Source of the DNA: Lactobacillus phage Bromius
Direction: 5' to 3' (one strand)
Length of the DNA stretch: 24,000 nucleotides
Sequence record: MH809531.1
Below, in pieces: positions 18,858 to 24,000 of this stretch. Each line of letters begins with the position of its first letter. The stretch's first letter is position 1. The notes under the pieces are model-generated. The model ran no database searches, was not told the DNA's origin, and was given only the letters and a program-made list of their open reading frames with translations. The position numbers and the translations under genes were made by a program.

Positions 18858-19447
18858 AATATAAGTGTCCGCATTGGTTTGCGTAGTATACTTTAACTTT
18901 TACGATATATTCTGCCATACACTAGTCAGCGCCTACTAGCAAGGAGCTACCAAGCTAGCTGTTGACCCATTATAATGTGTAATCCAGCACAATGACTGAT
19001 AACTTTCAGGCGTCATTAGGCATATAATATTTATATAGTTATTTTTATATTTGTATTCCTAGATTTACCCTACTAATACTCAACTAGTTACTTATAGGAG
19101 GAGTTACCTCTATCAACTAGAAAATAGCTTACTGATTTCCCTACTTGGTTCTGCCAGTTATCACACTAACATTAGCTTAGGGTCTGCGTATTGCGCTACC
19201 GTAACCGTTGATGCATTTATCGACAAACTTGTATCTAGCACTGAATCCGTGATGGCTTTCTTTCACCACAACCTTTGTCACTACAACAATAGGTTTATTA
19301 AATCTACTAGCTATCACTATATAGACGTAATACACATTATGACAGCGCTGCTAGGCGAGATTGACAGTCTCTTATACACTAGCTTGACACTATGTATAGT
19401 TATGGTTGTAATTCTTTCAAATTATCAACCTAAAATATATGATGATA

Positions 19448-19519
19448 CTGCCCGAGCTGGGTTCGAACCAGCGACCTCTTGATTAACAGTCAATTATTCT
19501 ACCGCTGAACTACCGGGCA
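19448..19519 (-). tRNA. tRNA-Asn(GTT)
   Basis: TGCCCGG/TCGGGCA acceptor, loop CTGTTAA, T-arm GCTGG-TTCGAAC-CCAGC. Confidence 0.9.
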
Positions 19520-19554
19520 ATGTAAGTTGGTAAATATTATTACTAATATTTCTA

Positions 19555-19637
19555 CACAGGATACCGGAGTTGAACCGGTTCGATTAGGTCAGTTTTACTG
19601 TGCGCACCCTAACGTTCTACCGTTAAACTAATCCCGT
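19555..19637 (-). tRNA. atypical tRNA-like gene with expanded anticodon loop
   Basis: ACGGGAT/ATCCTGT acceptor, D-arm GTTT..GAAC, T-arm ACCGG-TTCAACT-CCGGT, but anticodon stem TTAGG/CCTAA encloses 19 nt (GTGCGCACAGTAAAACTGA). Confidence 0.65.
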
Positions 19638-19655
19638 AATATAAACATTTGTTAA

Positions 19656-19727
19656 TACTCGTAGGTGGGTTCGAACCACCGACCCCTCAATTATAAGTTG
19701 AATGCTCTGCCTCTGAGCTATACGAGT
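19656..19727 (-). tRNA. tRNA-Ile(TAT)
   Basis: ACTCGTA/TACGAGT acceptor, anticodon arm TTCAA-CTTATAA-TTGAG, T-arm GGTGG-TTCGAAC-CCACC. Confidence 0.9.
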
Positions 19728-19754
19728 GTATTTATATGAATAATGCTGTTAACA

Positions 19755-19805
19755 CTCTTAGTAGGATTTGAACCTACATCGTTAAGTAGATTTGCTACTT
19801 ACCGT
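19755..19805 (-). pseudogene. 3' half of a tRNA-like gene, 5' half absent; its first 30 nt occupy the guide position of element D
   Basis: CGGTAAGTAGCAAATCTACTTAACGATGTAGGTTCAA is identical to part of 19944..20031; 5' half replaced by element D. Confidence 0.75.
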
Positions 19806-19941
19806 TCCACAGGCACATCATTTAATTTGTGCATACCTTTCGAGGGAACTACAGAATTTGTTATAAAACTTCTTATAATAGTGATTCCAGCATATTTACC
19901 TTGCTTTTTTAATGACTTCCGCAATGGATTTACGTAATGTC
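19806..19941 (-). ncRNA. solo leader + repeat element D (omegaRNA/tracrRNA-like)
   Basis: GACATTACGTAAATCCATTGCGGAAGTCATTAAAAAAGCAAGGTAAATATGCTGGAATCACTATTATAAGAAGTTTTATAACAAATTCTGTAGTTCCCTCGAAAGGTATGCACAAATTAAATGATGTGCCTGTGGAAC. Confidence 0.75.
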
Positions 19942-19943
19942 AA

Positions 19944-20031
19944 TACTCCTAGTAGGACTTGAACCTACATCGTTAAGTAGATTTGCTACTTACCGGATAT
20001 TCCGGCCACACTACAATTGTGCTATAAGAGT
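19944..20031 (-). tRNA. atypical class-II-length tRNA-like gene
   Basis: ACTCTTA/TAGGAGT acceptor, T-arm GTAGG-TTCAAGT-CCTAC, extra stem TAAGTAG-CAAAT-CTACTTA; anticodon region GCCGG-AATAT-CCGGT is non-canonical. Confidence 0.55.
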
Positions 20032-20073
20032 AAATTATGAAGGATGCCACCCGCAAGCTGGTGTATCCTTCAA

Positions 20074-20146
20074 TGCCTCCCGTTGGACTTGAACCAGCGA
20101 CCTTCCCCGCTTCAAGGGGACGCTCTACCTACTGAGCTAGAGGGGC
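20074..20146 (-). tRNA. tRNA-Phe(GAA)
   Basis: Anticodon arm TCCCC-TTGAAGC-GGGGA, T-arm GCTGG-TTCAAGT-CCAAC, discriminator A. Confidence 0.85.
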
Positions 20147-20348
20147 ATATTAAGTGGCTAGGAAGACTCTAAGAAGGAACCACTAATAATAGTTGCTACA
20201 CAAGAGTAGCTCTTGTCAGGCGGCTGGCCTTATCTTATGCACCCCGCTAATAAGTGGGAGTCAACAACTATTCCTTTAGTCTCATTTTCAAAACCTCAGC
20301 CGGGAGGTAGAGACATCAATATTTTGCCTGCTTGAAAGGGGTGGCAAT

Positions 20349-20421
20349 GTGTCCTGACAGAATCGGACTGTCATCTACGGTTTAGGAGACCATTATTCTA
20401 TCCAATTGAACTAAAGACACA
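20349..20421 (-). tRNA. tRNA-Arg(CCT)
   Basis: GTGTCTT/AGGACAC acceptor, anticodon arm ATGGT-CTCCTAA-ACCGT, T-arm GACAG-TCCGATT-CTGTC. Confidence 0.85.
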
Positions 20422-20515
20422 TATAGGAGGTATACCCCCTATAGAGTAATAACAACAACATATCACTTAGTTAATTAAAAAATAAAATTACCAACTATAG
20501 CTTATTAGTTAGTAA

Positions 20516-20587
20516 TGCGTCCTGACAGAATCGAACTGTCATCGTAGAGGTAGAGGCTCCATGTCTTATCCATTAGACCAAAGACGC
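20516..20587 (-). tRNA. tRNA-Arg(TCT)
   Basis: GCGTCTT/AGGACGC acceptor, anticodon arm TGGAG-CCTCTAC-CTCTA (position 33 is C), T-arm GACAG-TTCGATT-CTGTC. Confidence 0.8.
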
Positions 20588-20628
20588 TTGATATAGGCTA
20601 ACTTGGTTTTCGCTAACCTATACATATT

Positions 20629-20656
20629 ATTATACCACACTTTTTAGTATTTGCAA
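20629..20656 (-). promoter_or_regulatory. promoter of the tRNA cluster
   Basis: TTGCAA-N16-TATAAT on the minus strand. Confidence 0.65.
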
Positions 20657-20686
20657 CACTTTTTTAGAATTTATTTTTATTAATTT

Positions 20687-21174
20687 TATCTAAAAGTGTG
20701 CCATTTCAATCATGTATACACCTTTAGCAGTTAGACTGTTTTTGAGGCTTTAGACCCATAGATATGTCATTTAAAGCATACACATACATTTCTCAATTAT
20801 CCTTCGCATGAGAGACAAACTCCAGAGGTATGTCATTTATATCATGTACATGCCTACCGTTGAAACAGATTATCAAGACTCCTTGCTCCAAAGATATGTC
20901 ATTTAGAACATGTAAATACCGTACCGGACAAGCGCCATCGTGGGAGGATAGCTCCATAGGTATGCCATTTAGAGCATGTACATACCTATTCTAAGCAATC
21001 TGCTTGAGTATTATCAGTCCCGTAGGTATGTCATTTAGAGCAGGTACCTTCACGGTATACTCTTCTAAACATTTCTATGCTCCAGAGGCATGTAATTTAG
21101 AACACGTACATACCTATTGCGTCCTGCCATAATAGCAGCGGTGTGCTCCACAGACATGTCATTTAATGCATACC
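20687..21174 (-). CRISPR. CRISPR-like array A: 8 diverged repeats, 7 spacers, 66-nt period
   Basis: Repeat starts (+ coordinates) 20687, 20753, 20819, 20885, 20951, 21017, 21079, 21145. Minus-strand consensus GGTATGTACATGCTCTAAATGACATACCTATGGAGC. Spacers unique. Leader-distal repeat is the most degenerate. Confidence 0.85.
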
Positions 21175-21289
21175 CTTCGAGGGAAGTACAAGACTTGTAT
21201 TTAAGGTTCTAAATATAGAGGTCTCAGTATATTTACCTCGCTTTTTTAATGACTTCCGCAATGGATTTACGTAGATGTCATTTGCTTAT
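21175..21289 (-). ncRNA. leader of array A, structured (tracrRNA/omegaRNA-scaffold-like)
   Basis: Conserved with elements B, C and D; hairpin TATTTA-GAACCT-TAAATA covaries with TTATAA-GAAACT-TTATAA of leader B. Confidence 0.75.
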
Positions 21290-21295
21290 GTATTA

Positions 21296-21324
21296 AGAAT
21301 ACCATAATTGATATTCTTTGTCAA
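21296..21324 (-). promoter_or_regulatory. promoter of array A
   Basis: TTGACA-AAGAATATCAATTATGG-TATTCT, with AGAATA..TATTCT inverted repeat. Confidence 0.8.
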
Positions 21325-21347
21325 CACTTATTTATAATTTATTTTAA

Positions 21348-22475
21348 TTATTTTTTGAAAGCTTCATCTCTAATGTTTTTAGCCGCATTGATATCACGGT
21401 CATGAATAACACCACAGTTAGGGCACGTCCATTCACGGTCTCCTAAAGTAAGTTTATCCGCTCCTTCTAACCGATATCCACAGTCATTGCACGTCTGAGA
21501 TGAAGGATAGAATCTGTCAATCTTCTTGACTTCTTTATCATACCAATCAGCCTTGTACTGTAGTTGACGAGTAAACTCATATAGTGATACATCTCCAACA
21601 GCTTTAGCTAGCTTATGGTTAGCCATCATTCCCTTAACGTTCAGGTCTTCAATAGCAATTTTATCATAATTAACAATAAGATACTTGCTAATATTATGCA
21701 GATATGCCTTGCGTTGGTTTTGTAAACGTTCATATACTTTAGCACGCTTAATCTTAGCTTTAACCCTACCCATACTACCATTTTGTTTACGAGCTAAAGC
21801 TCTATCAGCTTTAATAAGCTTCTTTTCACTCTTTTTGATAGCGTGCATATTAGGAAACTTTTTACCATCACTAGTAATGACAAAGTCTTTAATTCCCAAG
21901 TCTAATCCAATGGATTTATCAGTGTGATAATCAACATTCTTAAAATGGTCATCAGGTACTTCAAAGCCGATTGATACATAGTATTCACCAGACTTTGTCA
22001 TTGAGACAGTTGCTGAGATAATTCGGCAATCATCTGGTAATGGCCTATGCAGCACAATCTTAATTGGTGAAATCTTAGGAAGCTTAATATGGTCATCCTC
22101 TAGTCTAATACTTTTTTCTTTCTTGTGAACTCTAGTCTTGTATGACCATGCACATTTATGATAGTTTTTAAACTTAGGAAAGCCTATCTTTTGATGTTTC
22201 TTAACTCCTCTAAAGAAGTTTTGATATGCTTGGCTTAAATTTGTTCTTGCATAGTCCAAACAATTGTTATCGCAATCTTTTAAAAAGTAGTTTTCTGGCT
22301 TGTTTTTAACCCAAGTAACTAGCTTTAATTTAGACTTTCCTGTTTCTTCATATTGCTGTTTCGCATCAGCCAACAGAGCATTATAAACGAATCTAGCTCC
22401 ATTTATATTCTTCCATATTAGTTCTTGTTGCTCCTTATTCGGATAAATTCTGTATTTATGAGCGTAGTTAATCAT
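21348..22475 (-). CDS. tnpB: TnpB RNA-guided nuclease family protein, 375 aa
   Basis: Start reset to MINYAHKYRIYPNKEQ (RBS aaggagac). RuvC-I GLDLGIKDFVI, RuvC-II KIAIEDLNVKGM, zinc finger CNDCGY...CPNCG, RuvC-III HDRDINAAKNI all present. Confidence 0.95.
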   Translation of the reverse strand: MINYAHKYRIYPNKEQQELIWKNINGARFVYNALLADAKQQYEETGKSKLKLVTWVKNKPENYFLKDCDNNCLDYARTNLSQAYQNFFRGVKKHQKIGFPKFKNYHKCAWSYKTRVHKKEKSIRLEDDHIKLPKISPIKIVLHRPLPDDCRIISATVSMTKSGEYYVSIGFEVPDDHFKNVDYHTDKSIGLDLGIKDFVITSDGKKFPNMHAIKKSEKKLIKADRALARKQNGSMGRVKAKIKRAKVYERLQNQRKAYLHNISKYLIVNYDKIAIEDLNVKGMMANHKLAKAVGDVSLYEFTRQLQYKADWYDKEVKKIDRFYPSSQTCNDCGYRLEGADKLTLGDREWTCPNCGVIHDRDINAAKNIRDEAFKK

Positions 22476-22510
22476 GTAGAAAGTCTCCTTATACGTATTT
22501 TGTGTTCTCT

Positions 22511-22672
22511 GCTCTATAGACGTGTCATCTAGGCCATATACATACTTGCATGGTCTTATAAGACCAGAGTTCACAAGCTCCATAGGTATGTCATTTTAAT
22601 CACATTCATGCCACTATGTGCCCCAAGAACAGGTCGCCTATAGCTTCATAGATATGTCATTTAATGCATACC
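22511..22672 (-). CRISPR. CRISPR-like array B: 3 repeats, 2 spacers of 30 nt, in the tnpB 5' leader
   Basis: Repeats 22511..22546, 22577..22612, 22643..22672. Same family and same 66-nt period as array A. Confidence 0.85.
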
Positions 22673-22786
22673 CTTCAAGGGAACTACAGAATTTGTTATA
22701 AAGTTTCTTATAATAGTGACTCCAGTATATTTACCTTGCTTTTTTAACGACTTCCGCAATGGATTTACGTAATGTCATTTGCTTAT
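22673..22786 (-). ncRNA. leader of array B, structured
   Basis: ATGACATTACGTAAATCCATTGCGGAAGTCGTTAAAAAAGCAAGGTAAATATACTGGAGTCACTATTATAAGAAACTTTATAACAAATTCTGTAGTTCCCTTGAAG. Confidence 0.75.
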
Positions 22787-22792
22787 GTATTA

Positions 22793-22821
22793 AGAATACC
22801 ATGATTGGTATTCTTTGTCAA
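22793..22821 (-). promoter_or_regulatory. promoter of array B and tnpB
   Basis: TTGACA-AAGAATACCAATCATGG-TATTCT, with embedded AGAATACC..GGTATTCT palindrome. Confidence 0.8.
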
Positions 22822-22835
22822 CACTTATTTAAAAT

Positions 22836-23450
22836 TTATTTGACTTTCTTGCCATAGTTTACACCTTGTTCAAACAGGTCTTTTGAATATAACAGTTTAG
22901 AGGCCAACAAGCTAACTTTGTTATTAACTAAGTTAGTTTCTGATTCGACAGCTTTAAGTTGTCCTTCTAAGCCAGACTTCTTTAAAGTTAGCAAGTCAAT
23001 TTGTTTTCGATAACCATTAATCTCTGAGTTAACTTTAGCAATATCGTCTTTAATCCCTTTAATCTTAACGCCAGACTTAGACTTAACATCCTGTTGTTCT
23101 TCAATAGCTCGTTGCAAAGCTGTGATTAAAGAACGCTTAATAGTTTCATTTAAATCTGAGTAAGGTAACCCAAAGTCGCATTTAAATAGTGTAATAATTG
23201 TATCCTTTTCAAATACAAACACTAAATCGTTTAACATATAATAATCAGACGTTGTATGGTCTTTTCCTAGCTGCCCCCGAAATACAAAGTTAGCATTTTC
23301 AAATGATTTCTTAATATCCTTGACTACCTTATCTGAGTTGCTCACTAGATACTGTTTGATTTCTCTGTCATCAGTAATGTTGTTCATTCGTTCTACCCAT
23401 CGTGACTTTGCATGTTGTGACACTGTAATTTCAGATTTTTCTTCGTTTTC
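22836..23450 (-). CDS. hypothetical protein with C-terminal coiled coil (start reset to MENEEKSEI)
   Basis: gaggtaatctcgttATG upstream; IKGIKDDIAKVNSEINGYRKQIDLLTLKKSGLEGQLKAVESE. Confidence 0.75.
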   Translation of the reverse strand, partial: ENEEKSEITVSQHAKSRWVERMNNITDDREIKQYLVSNSDKVVKDIKKSFENANFVFRGQLGKDHTTSDYYMLNDLVFVFEKDTIITLFKCDFGLPYSDLNETIKRSLITALQRAIEEQQDVKSKSGVKIKGIKDDIAKVNSEINGYRKQIDLLTLKKSGLEGQLKAVESETNLVNNKVSLLASKLLYSKDLFEQGVNYGKKVK

Positions 23451-23493
23451 CATAACGAGATTACCTCTTTCCTTATTGAATAAACTTAGTTTA

Positions 23494-23516
23494 CTACAAT
23501 TAGAATAGGCTGTCAA
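23494..23516 (-). promoter_or_regulatory. promoter of the 22836..23450 gene (-35 at 23511..23516)
   Basis: TTGACA-GCCTATTCTAATTGTAG-TAAACT; -10 lies about 23488..23493. Confidence 0.6.
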
Positions 23517-23556
23517 CATTTATTTTAAATTAATTTTATACTCATTTATGTATTAA

Positions 23557-23582
23557 AAAAAGAGAGCTATTATGCTCTCTTT
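23557..23582 (-). terminator. Rho-independent-like hairpin
   Basis: AAAAGAGAGC-N6-GCTCTCTTTT then T-rich downstream, just 3' of the 23599 CDS. Confidence 0.8.
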
Positions 23583-23598
23583 TAAGCTGGTTTTATAT

Positions 23599-24000
23599 TT
23601 AGTAATTAGTTAACGCCCATGGTGACATAGAATCGCCAGCATTGTGATATAATTTAACAGCATTGTCAATTTGTGATTGCACGCTACCTGTACCACCATA
23701 TAATTGCTGGAATAATCCCCGAGCTGTTGAGGATGGGTTAGCAGCATCAACTTGCCAGTTTGATTCACGAGTAATAATTGCATCCCATGTTGATGCAGGG
23801 ACTCCTGTGCGTGACTGCATCTGGCTCAATACTGCTTGCTTTTCACTGTCTGCTAGTGTTCCGTTAGACGTAGTTACACTAGACCCAGTATAACTAGACT
23901 GGGATGTGCTTGAAACGCTCTGAGTAGCCTGTACAGAGCTCTGAGACGATTGTGTGGCCTGTGAAGCTGAGCTAGAACTGGATTGTACTGGCTGGCTCAC
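23599..24000 (-). CDS. C-terminal part of a transglycosylase/aggregation-promoting-factor-like secreted protein (5' end beyond window)
   Basis: Ser/Gln-rich linker then VPASTWDAIITRESNWQVDAANPSSTARGLFQQLYGG... Confidence 0.75.
   Translation of the reverse strand: MSQPVQSSSSSASQATQSSQSSVQATQSVSSTSQSSYTGSSVTTSNGTLADSEKQAVLSQMQSRTGVPASTWDAIITRESNWQVDAANPSSTARGLFQQLYGGTGSVQSQIDNAVKLYHNAGDSMSPWALTNY

Noticed and set aside
19249-19937. Plus-strand ORFs ending in ARAGFEPATS or containing LVGFEPTSLSR
   Set aside because: These peptides are the known artefact of translating antisense tRNA T-arms.
20687-21174. Ordinary CRISPR-Cas array
   Set aside because: Repeats are far more diverged than in typical CRISPRs, no Cas1, Cas2 or classical effector is in the window, and the repeats are tied to a conserved tracr-like leader next to TnpB. 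Kept as CRISPR-like, not canonical.
20687-21174. TIGR-Tas-type array
   Set aside because: No Nop-domain/Tas protein is visible and no short box C/D-like repeats with paired spacers; 66-nt units with 36-nt hairpin repeats do not fit.
20687-21174. Array as tandem degenerate tRNAs or purely structural RNA with hairpin 'spacers'
   Set aside because: No T-arm, acceptor or CCA-like pattern per unit. Some spacers have short internal stems (AAGCA..TGCTT, TCTCA..TGAGA, TGGTCTTATAAGACCA), partly expected by chance; this alternative is not fully excluded and spacer searches should decide.
22476-22583. First 36 codons of the tnpB ORF (MELVNSGLIRPCKYVYGLDDTS...)
   Set aside because: They translate array B repeats and spacer; the RBS aaggagac and TnpB-typical MINYAHKYRIYPNKEQ start place the true start at 22475.

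Overview
AT-rich window, almost all minus-strand, that reads as the accessory region of a large lytic phage, probably of a Lactobacillaceae host (inferred from small tightly packed ORFs, a UvsW-like helicase, RNA ligase, YopX, DUF3310, MazG-like and PnuC-like proteins, and a tRNA cluster). The standout is a CRISPR-like system built around a solitary TnpB (catalytic motifs intact, no TnpA, no Cas1/Cas2). Directly 3' of tnpB (minus strand) is an array at 20687..21174 of eight diverged repeats (36 nt; 30 nt for the leader-proximal one) separated by seven unique spacers (six of 30 nt, one of 26 nt; 66-nt period). A second array at 22511..22672 has three repeats and two 30-nt spacers and lies in the 5' leader of tnpB. 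Each array follows its own sigma-70-like promoter and a conserved ~100-nt leader with covarying hairpins, which looks like a tracrRNA or omegaRNA scaffold. Two further promoterless copies of leader plus one repeat sit inside the tRNA cluster, each starting 2 nt after a tRNA or tRNA-like 3' end. The 30 nt following one of them is identical to the neighbouring tRNA-like gene. I propose an array-guided TnpB system, a transposon-to-CRISPR intermediate carried by a phage. Guide function is inferred and untested. Other notable items: promoters with embedded palindromes, atypical tRNA-like genes, unexplained noncoding stretches in the tRNA cluster, a Tad2/DUF2829-like protein, a PnuC-like transporter and a PemK/MazF-like toxin.
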